From Thermoanaerobaculia bacterium (GTDB taxonomy: Bacteria > Acidobacteriota > Thermoanaerobaculia > Multivoradales > UBA5704), in NCBI GenBank assembly GCA_035490435.1, contig DATHEF010000027.1, positions 20,193 to 84,192 on the forward strand: DNA of 64,000 nt, written 5' to 3'. Both the position numbers and the translations under genes were made by a program. The notes under the pieces were generated by a model. That model saw only the letters and a list, made by a program, of their open reading frames with translations. It searched no databases and was not told the origin of the DNA. Numbering within the stretch: position 1 is the first letter of the stretch; each line of letters opens with the position of its first letter. Shown here one piece after another: positions 24,364-33,577 of this stretch.

Positions 24364-26781
24364 TCAGTCCTGCCGCAGGGCGACCAGGGGATCGACGCGC
24401 GTGGCGCGCCGGGCCGGCAGGTAATTGGCCACCAGGGCCACCGCGGCAAGGCCCAGCGGCACGGCGACGAAGGTGAGCGGGTCGGTGGCGCTCAGGCCGT
24501 AGATCTGGCCGGCGAGGAAACGGCTGGCGAACCATGCCAGGACGAGGCCGAGCGCCAGTCCGATCAGCACCTGCGTCATCCCCTGCCGCACCACCAGCCC
24601 GAGGACCTGTTCGCGCCGAGCCCCCAGGGCCATGCGAATACCGAGCTCATGTGTCCGCTGAGTTACTGAATAGCTTACCACGCCATAGACCCCGACCAGG
24701 GCCAGCACCAGGGCGAGCCCGGCGAACAGGGCGAGCAGCACGGCCTTGAAACGGCTCTGCGCCAGCGAGGCCGACACCACGTCGCTCAGCGTCGCCACCT
24801 TGTCCAGCGGCAGATCCGGATCGAGCGCTCGCACCGCCTCCCGGATCGGCCCGGTCAGAGCGCCCGGGTCCCCCGCGCCGCGCACCACCAGCGTGGCGCT
24901 GCTGATCGGGTCCTGGAACTGGGGCCAGTAGGCCTCCGAGCCGGCCTCTTCGGCGAGAGCCTGGTGGCGGACGTCTCCGACCACTCCCACGACCGTGTAC
25001 CAGCGCGCCTTCGGATCCTTGGTGTCGTCGAAGGTGATCCGTTTGCCCAGCGGGTCCTCGTTCGGCCAGACCTGGGCCGCCATGGTCTCGTTGACCAGGA
25101 GCACCGGCATCCCCGACTCGTTGTCCCGCTCGTCGAACATCCGCCCGCGGCGCAGGGGGATGCCGAGGGCCCGGAACGCGCCGGGGGTCGCCGTCCGCAC
25201 GTTGGTGCTGGGCACCGCGCTGGGAGGGGGATCCGGCCGGCCCGCGACGGAGAAGGCGAGGATCATGTTGCCGCCGCCGAGCGGCAGGGGGAAGAGGAAA
25301 CCGGCGTCCTCGACGCCGGGGAGGGCGCGCACGCGTTCCAGCAGTCCGCGATAGAAGACGATCTGGCGCTGCGGCTCCGGGTACTTCGCCTGCGGGAGCT
25401 CCAGCTTGACCGTCAGCACCCCCTGGGGACGGAAGCCGGGGTCCACCGCCTGCAGCCGCGCGAAGCTCTGGATCAGCAGTCCGGCCCCCACCAGCAGGAC
25501 GAGGGTCAGCGCGACCTGGGCCAGCACCAGGGCATTGCGCACCAGCCGGCCGCGGACGCCCCCAGCCACCGCCCGCCCCCCCTGCTTGAGCGATTCGGAA
25601 AGGTGGCTTCCCACCCCCGCGAGAGCGGGCACCAGCCCGAAGAGCAGCCCGGTCGCCAGCGACACCGCGAAGGTGAACAGCAGGACGCCGCCGTCGAGGC
25701 GCACCTCCCGCGACCGCGGAATGCCGTCCGGGTTGAGCGCGATCAGCGCCTGGATCCCCCAGTGGGCGAGCAGCAGGCCCAGCGCTCCCCCGGCCAGGAA
25801 CAGGACCAGCGTCTCGGTGAGCATCTGGCGCAGCAGACGCACCCGGTCGGCGCCGAGAGCCGCCCGCAGCGCGATCTCCCGTTCCCGGGCCGCCACCCGG
25901 GCCAGCAGGAGGTTCGCCACGTCCGCGCAGGCGATCAACAGGACGAAGCTGACGAAGACGAGCAGGATCAGGAGAGCCGTCCGGATCTTTTCGACCTGGA
26001 GCTCCGCGAGGGGGATCAGCAGGGTGCCCCAGCCGGTGTTGGTGTCCGGATACTGCCGTTCGAGCCGCCCGGCGACCGCCGCCATCTCCGTCCCCGCCTG
26101 CTTCAGGCTGATCCCCGGCTTCAGGCGGCCCAGGACCAGGAGGTAATGGGCGCCGCGGCCCTCTTTCGCGGCGTCCACCGCCAGCGGCAGCCAGATCTCG
26201 CTCTTGGACGGCAGCTCCACCCCGGGGGGCGCCACGCCGATCACCGTGCGGGCTTCGCCATCCAGCGTCACGGCGCGCCCGACGATCCCCGGATCGGCGC
26301 CGAAACGCCGCCGCCAGAGCCCCTCGGAGAGCACCACCACCCGTTCGCCGCCCACCCGGTCCTCGCCGGGGTTGAATCCCCGCCCGAGGAGAGGCTCCAT
26401 CTTCAGGGTACGGAAGAAGTCCGCCGACACCCGGGCACCCTGGAGGGCCTCGGGGCGGTCCCCCGCCGTCAGGTTGAAACGTCCAGGACTGAGCGCCACG
26501 AGCCCCTCGAACGACCGGCTCTCGCGCCGCCAGTCCTCGAAATCAGGCACCGAGACGCTGAAGCGCGGAAATCCGGCCTCGGGGTTCTTCGTCATCACGA
26601 CGACCAACTGGTCCGGCTGCGGATAGGGCAGCGGCTTCAGCAGCACGCCGTTGACGACGCTGAAGATCGCGCTGTTGGCGCCGATCCCGAGCGCCAGCGC
26701 GAGCAGGGCGGCCAGGGTCGTCCCGGGGCTCTTGGCCAGGGTGCGCAGCCCGAAACGGATGTCCTTCCAGAAACTGCTCAA
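24364..26781 (-). CDS. ABC transporter permease, FtsX/MacB-like duplicated orphan permease (ADOP family)
   Basis: 805 aa. Two FtsX-type 4-TM bundles, each preceded by a large periplasmic domain. N-terminal MSSFWKDIRFGLRTLAKSPG is the hallmark ADOP start. No adjacent ATPase. Confidence 0.85.
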   Translation of the reverse strand: MSSFWKDIRFGLRTLAKSPGTTLAALLALALGIGANSAIFSVVNGVLLKPLPYPQPDQLVVVMTKNPEAGFPRFSVSVPDFEDWRRESRSFEGLVALSPGRFNLTAGDRPEALQGARVSADFFRTLKMEPLLGRGFNPGEDRVGGERVVVLSEGLWRRRFGADPGIVGRAVTLDGEARTVIGVAPPGVELPSKSEIWLPLAVDAAKEGRGAHYLLVLGRLKPGISLKQAGTEMAAVAGRLERQYPDTNTGWGTLLIPLAELQVEKIRTALLILLVFVSFVLLIACADVANLLLARVAAREREIALRAALGADRVRLLRQMLTETLVLFLAGGALGLLLAHWGIQALIALNPDGIPRSREVRLDGGVLLFTFAVSLATGLLFGLVPALAGVGSHLSESLKQGGRAVAGGVRGRLVRNALVLAQVALTLVLLVGAGLLIQSFARLQAVDPGFRPQGVLTVKLELPQAKYPEPQRQIVFYRGLLERVRALPGVEDAGFLFPLPLGGGNMILAFSVAGRPDPPPSAVPSTNVRTATPGAFRALGIPLRRGRMFDERDNESGMPVLLVNETMAAQVWPNEDPLGKRITFDDTKDPKARWYTVVGVVGDVRHQALAEEAGSEAYWPQFQDPISSATLVVRGAGDPGALTGPIREAVRALDPDLPLDKVATLSDVVSASLAQSRFKAVLLALFAGLALVLALVGVYGVVSYSVTQRTHELGIRMALGARREQVLGLVVRQGMTQVLIGLALGLVLAWFASRFLAGQIYGLSATDPLTFVAVPLGLAAVALVANYLPARRATRVDPLVALRQD

Positions 26782-26834
26782 GAGAAACCTCCGGGAGTCT
26801 GTACCACTCCCGGAATCCTATCGCGTTCGGGGGC

Positions 26835-29429
26835 TCAGGAGAGCAGCGCTTCCCCCGCCGGCTCGCGCAGGTTGTAGCGCGAGCTCATCACCCGCCCGTA
26901 GGCGCCGGCGTTGGCGATCAGGATCACGTCCCCCTCGGCGGTGGGCGGCAGGCGGCGCGAACGGCCGAGGATGTCGCCGGTCTCGCAGATCGGGCCCACG
27001 ACGTGGGCGATCCAGGTGGCCGGCTCGCCGAGCCGCGAGAGGTTGACCAGCGGATGGTAGGCGCCGTAGAGCGCCGGCCGGATCAGCGAGTTCATCCCGG
27101 TCTCCAGGCCGATGTAGATCACCTCCCCCTTGTGCTTGACCTGCGTTACCCGCGCCAGCAGCACCCCGGCGGTGGCCACCAGGAAGCGCCCCGGCTCGAG
27201 CCAGAGCTCGAAGCGGGGGTTGGCGGCCTGGAATTGCCGCAACTGCTCGCCCAGGGCGTCGAGATCGAGCGGGCTCTGCTCCGGCTGCTCCGGCACCCCC
27301 AGGCCGCCGCCGAGATCGAGCACCCGCACGCCCGGGAAGCGCTCGGCGGCCTCGGCCAGGAAGAGCGCCACCTCGCTCCAGGCCTCGGGAGTGCGGATAC
27401 CGCTGCCGGCATGGGCGTGGAGACCGACGACGCGGGCGCCGCAGGCGTCGAGCAGCGCGCGGGCCTCCGCCATCTGCTCCGGCGCCAGGCCGAACTTGGA
27501 CTGCGCCCCGGCGGTGCGGACGTGGGCGTGATGCCCCCTCCCCCGCCCCGGATCGAGCCGCAGGAAGACCTCGCGGCCGCGGAAGACCTCCGGCCACTCG
27601 CGCAGTGGATGGACGTTGTCCACGGTCACCCGCGCCCCCGACTCGAAGCCCCGCCGGTACTCCTCGCGCGGCGCGAAGTTGGGAGTGAAGAGGAGCCGCG
27701 CGGCGTCGAGCTCGGGGAAGAGGGCCAGCACGTGGTCCAGCTCGGCGGCCGAGACACACTCGAAGCCGATTCCGGCGTCATGGAGGACCCGCAGCACGCC
27801 GGGATGGCAGTTCGCCTTGACCGAGTAGAAGACCCGGGCCACGGCGTCGAGCGCCCGCAGCGACTCCGCGGCGGAGCGCAGGGTCGCCGCGTCGTAGGCG
27901 TAGACCGGCCCCTGCCCGGCCGCGAGCTCCAGCAGCTCGCTCCGGCGGGCGTGCCACCACGTATGGGGATAGACCGGGGCCTCTTCCGCAACGCCCCCGG
28001 AGAGCTCGCTCCAGGTGGGGCCGAACAGCGCGCTCTCCCCCTTCCGCGCGAACAGCAGCCCGTGGAGCTGGCGGATCAGCCGCTCGCTCTGCTCCTCATC
28101 GACCATGAAGGTGAGGTTGAGATCGCTCGCCGACTGGGTCAGCAGGTGGACCTTGAACTCCTCGAAGGCCTCCATCACCGGCCCCAGCTCATGGAGGATG
28201 GCGCGGATCCCCCGCCCCACCAGCGACAGCGAGGCCGTCGGCGCAATCACGCGCGGCTCGCAGAAGAGCGCGAGGTCGGCCAGCAGGCGGGAGATCACCG
28301 GCTCGTCGAGCAGGTTGGCGCCGGGGTCGAGCGAGACCGTGACGTTGGTCTCCGAGGTCGAGACCGAATCGATCGACAGGCCGTGTTTGGCGAAGACGGT
28401 GAAGGCGCGGGCGAGGAAGCCGACCTCCTGCCACATGCCGACCGTATCCATGGAGACCAGCGTGATGCCGCCGCGCGAGGAGATTGCCTTGACCTGCGGT
28501 CCGCCCGCCGCGCCGACGGCGGAGATCACAGTCCCCGGCGCGTCCGGCCGGTCGGTCGAGAGGACGTGGAGCGGGATGCCGTGCCGGCGCAGCGGCGGGA
28601 TCGAGCGCGGATGGAGCACCTTGGCCCCCATGCTGGCGATCTCCTGCGCCTCGTCGTAGTCGAGGGCGCGCAGCAGCCGGGCCGAGGGGAGGAGCGCCGG
28701 GTTGGCCGTGAACAGGCCGGGCACGTCGGTCCAGATCTCGCAGCGCGCGGCGCCCAGGCGGGCGGCGAAGTAGGCGGCTGAGGTGTCCGAGCCGCCGCGG
28801 CCGAGGAGCACCGTCTGCCCCTCGCGGTTGCGGGCGATGAACCCCTGGGTGATCACCGCCCGGGCCGGCGTCTCGCCGAGATGGGCGATCAGCGCCTCGT
28901 CACGCTCGAAGTCGCAGGTGGCCGAGAGGTAGGCGCGCGGACTGGGGGCCGGCGGCTCCTCGCGGGCCACCAGCGAGGTCCGGGCGTCGTGCCAGGCGGT
29001 CGCGATCCCCCGCGATTCCAGGAAAGCGGCGCCGAGACGGGTGGACAGCAGCTCGCCGAAGGCCAGCACCCGCGCCTTGAGAGCGGGCCCCGCCTCGCGC
29101 AGGAGGGAGGCGGCGAGGGCGAGACGGGAGAGCTCCTCGAAGTCGGACCGCAGCAGCTCGGCAGCGGCGACCCCGAGCCCCGCCCCCAGCTCAAGGTGAC
29201 GCTCCTCGATCGCCGCCAGCGGCTCCTCGTGACCCCCTCCCATATCGGCGACGGCGGAGGCGAGGAGCGCTTCGAGCCGGTCGGAGACACCTGAAAGGGC
29301 CGAGCAGACGACGAGGGGGCGCAGCCCCTCGCCGATCCGCCGGTGGACGAGATCGGCGATCGTCGCCCAGCGCTCCGGCGTCGAGACGCTGGTGCCGCCG
29401 AACTTGAGGACCACCCAGGAGGGAGCCAC
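26835..29429 (-). CDS. Bifunctional aspartate kinase / diaminopimelate decarboxylase (LysC-LysA fusion)
   Basis: N-terminal aspartokinase (VLKFGGTSV, ACT region), then a PLP fold-III decarboxylase half (YVYDAATLR-like VYAYDAATLR, SVKAN, GGGLGV, EPGR). Confidence 0.85.
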   Translation of the reverse strand: MAPSWVVLKFGGTSVSTPERWATIADLVHRRIGEGLRPLVVCSALSGVSDRLEALLASAVADMGGGHEEPLAAIEERHLELGAGLGVAAAELLRSDFEELSRLALAASLLREAGPALKARVLAFGELLSTRLGAAFLESRGIATAWHDARTSLVAREEPPAPSPRAYLSATCDFERDEALIAHLGETPARAVITQGFIARNREGQTVLLGRGGSDTSAAYFAARLGAARCEIWTDVPGLFTANPALLPSARLLRALDYDEAQEIASMGAKVLHPRSIPPLRRHGIPLHVLSTDRPDAPGTVISAVGAAGGPQVKAISSRGGITLVSMDTVGMWQEVGFLARAFTVFAKHGLSIDSVSTSETNVTVSLDPGANLLDEPVISRLLADLALFCEPRVIAPTASLSLVGRGIRAILHELGPVMEAFEEFKVHLLTQSASDLNLTFMVDEEQSERLIRQLHGLLFARKGESALFGPTWSELSGGVAEEAPVYPHTWWHARRSELLELAAGQGPVYAYDAATLRSAAESLRALDAVARVFYSVKANCHPGVLRVLHDAGIGFECVSAAELDHVLALFPELDAARLLFTPNFAPREEYRRGFESGARVTVDNVHPLREWPEVFRGREVFLRLDPGRGRGHHAHVRTAGAQSKFGLAPEQMAEARALLDACGARVVGLHAHAGSGIRTPEAWSEVALFLAEAAERFPGVRVLDLGGGLGVPEQPEQSPLDLDALGEQLRQFQAANPRFELWLEPGRFLVATAGVLLARVTQVKHKGEVIYIGLETGMNSLIRPALYGAYHPLVNLSRLGEPATWIAHVVGPICETGDILGRSRRLPPTAEGDVILIANAGAYGRVMSSRYNLREPAGEALLS

Positions 29430-30424
29430 TACCCCTTCGCGGCCTGGATCGCCTCGGTCAACGCCGGCAGCACCTCGTGGAGATCGCCGACGATGCCGTA
29501 GTCGGCGATGGTGAAGATCGGCGCGCCGGGGTCCTTGTTGATCGCCACGATCACCGTCGAGCCCTTCATGCCGACCAGGTGCTGGATGGCGCCGGAGATG
29601 CCGGCCGCGATGTAGAGCTTGGGGGCGACCGTCTGTCCCGAGGAGCCGATCTGGCGGTCGCGCGGCAGCCAGCCGTTGTCGATCACCGGCCGGCTGGCGC
29701 CGATCTCGGCCCCGAGTGCCTTGGCGAGGTTCTCGACCGGGCCCATCTTGTCCGCCCCGCCGACGCCGCGGCCGACGGCGACGATGATCCCCGCCTTGGT
29801 GAGGTCGACCGTGTCGCCACCCACCTCCTCGTAGCCGAGGATCTCGCGGTCCGGCTTGACGCCCGAGAGGTCGACGTCGAGCGGCTTGACCTCGGCCTCG
29901 CCCGCCTCGCCAAGACGGGCGGCGCCGTCCACCTGGAAGGCGCCGGACTGCACCGAGACCAGCACCGTCCCCTCACCTCTAACGCGCACCTTCGACTGCA
30001 GCTTGCCGCCCATCACCGGGCGGGTCCAGACCAAGCCGCCGTCCGCCGACTGGAAAGCGGTCACCTCCGGCAGCAGCCCAGCGCCGATCGTCTCCGCCAG
30101 GCGGGGCATGTAGTCGACCGTCTGGTAGGTGTGCGGGAAGACCACGAAGGCCGGCGCCGCGGCCTGGATCGCGGGTCTCAGCGCGCCGATGTAGGAGCCG
30201 GGGGTGTAGACTCGGAGGGCGTCGTGGTCCGCCACGTGGACGGCGGCGAGGTCGAATCTGGCCACCTCGGCCGCCGCGAGACCGACGCCGGCGCCGAGCA
30301 GCACGGCCTCGGCCTTGCCGCCGAGCTCCGCCGCCAGCTTCTGCGCCGCGGCCACCGCTTCCCAGGAGATGCGGGGGAACTGCCCCTCGCGATGTTGCAG
30401 GACGACCCAGACAAGATTCGCCAT
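29429..30424 (-). CDS. etfA: Electron transfer flavoprotein alpha subunit
   Basis: FAD-binding C-terminal motifs ([39 protein letters not shown]). ATGA overlap with etfB. Confidence 0.9.
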   Translation of the reverse strand: MANLVWVVLQHREGQFPRISWEAVAAAQKLAAELGGKAEAVLLGAGVGLAAAEVARFDLAAVHVADHDALRVYTPGSYIGALRPAIQAAAPAFVVFPHTYQTVDYMPRLAETIGAGLLPEVTAFQSADGGLVWTRPVMGGKLQSKVRVRGEGTVLVSVQSGAFQVDGAARLGEAGEAEVKPLDVDLSGVKPDREILGYEEVGGDTVDLTKAGIIVAVGRGVGGADKMGPVENLAKALGAEIGASRPVIDNGWLPRDRQIGSSGQTVAPKLYIAAGISGAIQHLVGMKGSTVIVAINKDPGAPIFTIADYGIVGDLHEVLPALTEAIQAAKG

Positions 30425-31218
30425 CAGAGCACCCTCGCTTCCTTCTGCAGTTTCTCGACCAGCTTCGCCGCCGCGGCTTTGGCGTCACCCTCCAGCATCT
30501 GAGCCCCCTTGCCCGACTCCGGGAAGCTGACCGAGACGATCTCCAGCCGCGAGCCCGCCGCTCCCACCTTCCCGGCGTCGAGCCCGAGGTCGGCCGGCGA
30601 GGCGGTGGCGATCTCCTTCTTCTTGGCGGCCATGATCCCCTTGAGCGAGGCGTAGCGCGGGTGGTTGATCCCCGCCTGGATCTCCAGCACGGCGGGCAGG
30701 CGGACGCGCGACACCTCGTTGACACCGCTCTCCATCTCGCGGGTCACCTTGGCGCTCGTATTGCTGTCCTCGATCTCGACCCCCATCACCAGCCAGACGT
30801 GAGGCCAGCCGAGGCGGCCGGCGACCACCGAGCCGGTGCCGCCGTAGCCGACGTCGTCCGACTGCGAGCCGGTGAGCACCAGGTCGAAGGCGTCGCGGGA
30901 GATGGCGGCCGCGAGCGCGCGGCCGGTCGCCAGGGCGTCGCCGCCGGCGAACGCGGGGTCCGAGAGATGGACGGCGCGCGCCGCTCCCACCGCCAGGGCC
31001 TTGCGCAGGGCCTCCTTGACCCGCTCGGGACCGAGGCTGAAGACGACGACCTCGCCGCCGGTCTTCTCTGCGATGCGGAGCCCCTCCTCGAGGGCGTACT
31101 CGTCGCTCTCGTTGATCACGAACGGCAGGTCCTCCTCCTCCACCCACCGCCCGTCGCGGCTGACGCGCAGCCGCGCCTCGGTGTTGGGGACCTGCTTGAT
31201 ACATACGGCGATCTTCAT
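30424..31218 (-). CDS. etfB: Electron transfer flavoprotein beta subunit
   Basis: MKIAVCIKQVPNTEARLRV N-terminus; full-length EtfB similarity. The six-frame ORF carries a spurious 33-aa extension. Confidence 0.9.
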   Translation of the reverse strand: MKIAVCIKQVPNTEARLRVSRDGRWVEEEDLPFVINESDEYALEEGLRIAEKTGGEVVVFSLGPERVKEALRKALAVGAARAVHLSDPAFAGGDALATGRALAAAISRDAFDLVLTGSQSDDVGYGGTGSVVAGRLGWPHVWLVMGVEIEDSNTSAKVTREMESGVNEVSRVRLPAVLEIQAGINHPRYASLKGIMAAKKKEIATASPADLGLDAGKVGAAGSRLEIVSVSFPESGKGAQMLEGDAKAAAAKLVEKLQKEARVL

Positions 31219-31267
31219 GGGATCTCCCTTGATGCTTGGTTCTAGAGGGGGATTCCTGTGGTTCTTC

Positions 31268-31330
31268 GTAGGGGCGGGGCTTGTCCCCGCCCTTATCCCC
31301 CACCCGGGCGGGGACAAGCCCCGCCCCTAC
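31268..31330. repeat. Perfect 25-bp inverted repeat (GTAGGGGCGGGGCTTGTCCCCGCCC / GGGCGGGGACAAGCCCCGCCCCTAC); each arm is itself a hairpin
   Basis: Read directly. Sits between the glutaredoxin-like gene stop (31340) and the etfB start (31218). No flanking T-tract. Confidence 0.85.
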
Positions 31331-31339
31331 GGAAACAGC

Positions 31340-31840
31340 CTATACCGCCTTTGCCCGCCCGTTCAAAAGGCGGCGCAGCAGCGGCGGAGCCGGGTTGAAG
31401 GCCCACACGCGGTCGTCGAACCGGAGCGTGGGCACGACCCGCCGGCCGCCGCTGCGCTCGAGCACCATCGCCTCGGCGGCCGGGTCCTCGTCGATGTCCA
31501 CCTCGGCGAACGGGGCCTCGGCCTCCTCCAGCACACGCTTGGCGCGCCGGCAGTCCGGGCACCAGGAGGAGCTGTAGACGACCACGCCGCCGGCGTGGAT
31601 CCCCTCGCCGGTCGCCAGCTTGACCGTCTCCGCGGCCGAGAGGCGGACGCCGACGATGCGGATCTTGCCGTCCGGCTCGGTGAGAAGCACGGCCGGCAGG
31701 TCGTCGGGCGAGAGCCCCAGCCGGGCGAGGCGGCCGGCGGCCTCGGGATCGGCGGCCAGATCGACGCGGTCCCCGCACTCGGCGGGGGGCGCGGGCTGGC
31801 GGGTTGAATCGTAATAGACGTGACAGTCCAGATGGCTCAT
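31340..31840 (-). CDS. Glutaredoxin-family protein with ~80-aa N-terminal extension
   Basis: VVVYSSSWCPDCRRAKRVLEE...VPTL is a glutaredoxin/NrdH-like CxxC fold. ATG at 31840 overlaps the upstream TGA (ATGA). Confidence 0.65.
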   Translation of the reverse strand: MSHLDCHVYYDSTRQPAPPAECGDRVDLAADPEAAGRLARLGLSPDDLPAVLLTEPDGKIRIVGVRLSAAETVKLATGEGIHAGGVVVYSSSWCPDCRRAKRVLEEAEAPFAEVDIDEDPAAEAMVLERSGGRRVVPTLRFDDRVWAFNPAPPLLRRLLNGRAKAV

Positions 31841-32535
31841 AGGTTTGGTCCCGGGACCCTCACCGCGGAGCCATTGACGGCTACCGCGGCGGCGGTCGTG
31901 AGGAAGTGGATGACCGACGCGACATCCTCGGTCTTTGCCCATTGGGAAGGATCGGCGTCAGGCATCGCCGTCCGGTTCGCGGGGGTGTCCATGGTGCCGG
32001 GGAGCACGGCGTTGGCCCGTCCTCCGAACGGCGCCATCTCGCGCGCCAGCGACTCGACCATGCGCAACACCCCGGCCTTGGTGGCGGCGTACCCTCCAAC
32101 CCCGGCCTCTCCCAGGAGAGCCGCCGGAGCCGACACCGCGACCACCACGCCGCCGCCCGCCCGCTCGAACCGGCGGGCGCACTCGCGGAAGACGCGGAAC
32201 GTGGTGTCGAGATTGAGCTTGAACAGATAGGACCAGTCGGCGTCCGAGAGGTCGGCGAGGCGCGACCAGCGGAAGCCGCCGACCAGATGGACCACGGCCC
32301 GGGGCACCCCCGCGCCGCTCTCCTCCTCGTCGAACAGCCGCTCCACCTCGGGGGTGGACGACAGGTCCGCGCGCCGCGCGGTCAGCACGTCCGCGGATCC
32401 CAGCGGCGTCAGCTCTGCCAGGGCGGCTTCGGTCGCTCCAACGGCGAGGACACTGTCGCCAGCCGCCAGGAACCGCTCCACCACGCTCCGCCCGAGGGCG
32501 CCCGAAGCGCCGGTGATGAGAACTCGACCGCTCAT
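31837..32535 (-). CDS. SDR-family oxidoreductase
   Basis: TGASGALG Rossmann motif and YAATK catalytic motif. Confidence 0.85.
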   Translation of the reverse strand: MSGRVLITGASGALGRSVVERFLAAGDSVLAVGATEAALAELTPLGSADVLTARRADLSSTPEVERLFDEEESGAGVPRAVVHLVGGFRWSRLADLSDADWSYLFKLNLDTTFRVFRECARRFERAGGGVVVAVSAPAALLGEAGVGGYAATKAGVLRMVESLAREMAPFGGRANAVLPGTMDTPANRTAMPDADPSQWAKTEDVASVIHFLTTAAAVAVNGSAVRVPGPNL

Positions 32536-32644
32536 GCTCTCTCCAGGGTTGGGTACGGCAAGGGCACGGCCCCCGCCCAGCCCTATGAGTGCCGGGAGGG
32601 ACCGCGAGCGAGACTATCATGGTCGAGGCAGGAGAGTGGGCGGG

Positions 32645-32673
32645 TTGACGGGAGGCGTGCGGAGACGTAAAAT
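32645..32673 (+). promoter_or_regulatory. Near-consensus sigma70-type promoter TTGACG-17-TAAAAT driving a leaderless ATG at 32680
   Basis: Hexamers and 17-nt spacer read directly. The ATG lies 6 nt after the -10. Confidence 0.6.
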
Positions 32674-32679
32674 CGCGTC

Positions 32680-32865
32680 ATGACGAAACGCGTTATCCTG
32701 CCTCCACTCAAGAAGGGCTCACGGACCCCCGAGGAGATCCGCGAGGCGGTGAGGGTCGTGATGACAACCCGGGATGCAGCGACCTGGCAGAAGGTACAGC
32801 GGTTCGATCCGGACCCCATCGTGATCGTCGCGGACCCGCCTTCAGGCACGCGTGAAGACCGTTAA
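32680..32865 (+). CDS. Small hypothetical protein (61 aa) at the head of the low-GC islet
   Basis: Positioned exactly at the leaderless promoter, with no recognisable domain. Same frame as the downstream TIR-like ORF, separated from it by a TAA and 8 codons. Confidence 0.4.
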   Translation: MTKRVILPPLKKGSRTPEEIREAVRVVMTTRDAATWQKVQRFDPDPIVIVADPPSGTREDR

Positions 32866-32889
32866 CCAATCCCTCTATCCCCTTTTCCC

Positions 32890-33528
32890 TTGTCCGAACC
32901 AGGTTCGCGTCCCACTGGGACTGCCTATCGTCAGAGCGTTTTCATCAACTGCCCTTTCGACCTTCAGTACCAGCCCCTCTTCGAAGCCATCGTCTTCGCG
33001 GTTTCCGACTGCGGATTTCAACCTCGTAGCGCATTGGAAATTGATGACGGAAGCCAGATCAGGATTCAGAACATCTTCAGCATCATCTCCGGCTGCAAGT
33101 TCGGTATCCACGATATCTCGAAGACGGAACTAGACGCGGTCAACCAGCTTCCGCGGTTCAACATGCCCCTGGAACTGGGCGTTTTTCTCGGCGCCAAGAG
33201 ATACGGACAGGGCGGACAGAAAGAAAAGATCTGCCTGATCCTGGACCGAGCCAGCTACCGGTACCAGAAGTTCCTCTCGGATATCGCTGGACAGGACATC
33301 CGTGCTCACGGAGATGACCCTAGAATGGCGATTTCCCTTGTAAGGAACTGGCTTCGCAATGCCTCGCCGCTGATCACCATGCCGGGGGGTGAAGCGATCG
33401 GTGACCGTTACCATGAGTTTCGTAACGCGCTCCCCTCCCTCTGCCGTACCCTGAAACTCTCGACGCTCGAGCTGACCTTTACCGACTACAGGTGGCTCAT
33501 CGCTGCATGGCTCGATCAGAATCCTTAA
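32890..33528 (+). CDS. TIR-like / SLOG-fold nucleotide-binding domain protein (COG4271-like) with unknown C-terminal domain
   Basis: ~50% GC against a ~70% background. Has VFINCPF beta-strand 1, helices, and an NMPLELGVFLG motif like the conserved NVLFELGYALG of TIR-like/deoxyribosyltransferase-fold proteins. Only a TTG start is available. Confidence 0.45.
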   Translation: MSEPGSRPTGTAYRQSVFINCPFDLQYQPLFEAIVFAVSDCGFQPRSALEIDDGSQIRIQNIFSIISGCKFGIHDISKTELDAVNQLPRFNMPLELGVFLGAKRYGQGGQKEKICLILDRASYRYQKFLSDIAGQDIRAHGDDPRMAISLVRNWLRNASPLITMPGGEAIGDRYHEFRNALPSLCRTLKLSTLELTFTDYRWLIAAWLDQNP

Positions 33529-33539
33529 TTCTCTAGAAG

Positions 33540-33568
33540 TTGGGCCAAACCCCCGGCCGGGCTACAAT
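33540..33568 (+). promoter_or_regulatory. Sigma70-type promoter TTGGGC-17-TACAAT with leaderless ATG at 33578
   Basis: Read directly. The ATG lies 9 nt downstream of the -10. Confidence 0.5.
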
Positions 33569-33577
33569 CCCCCGGCC

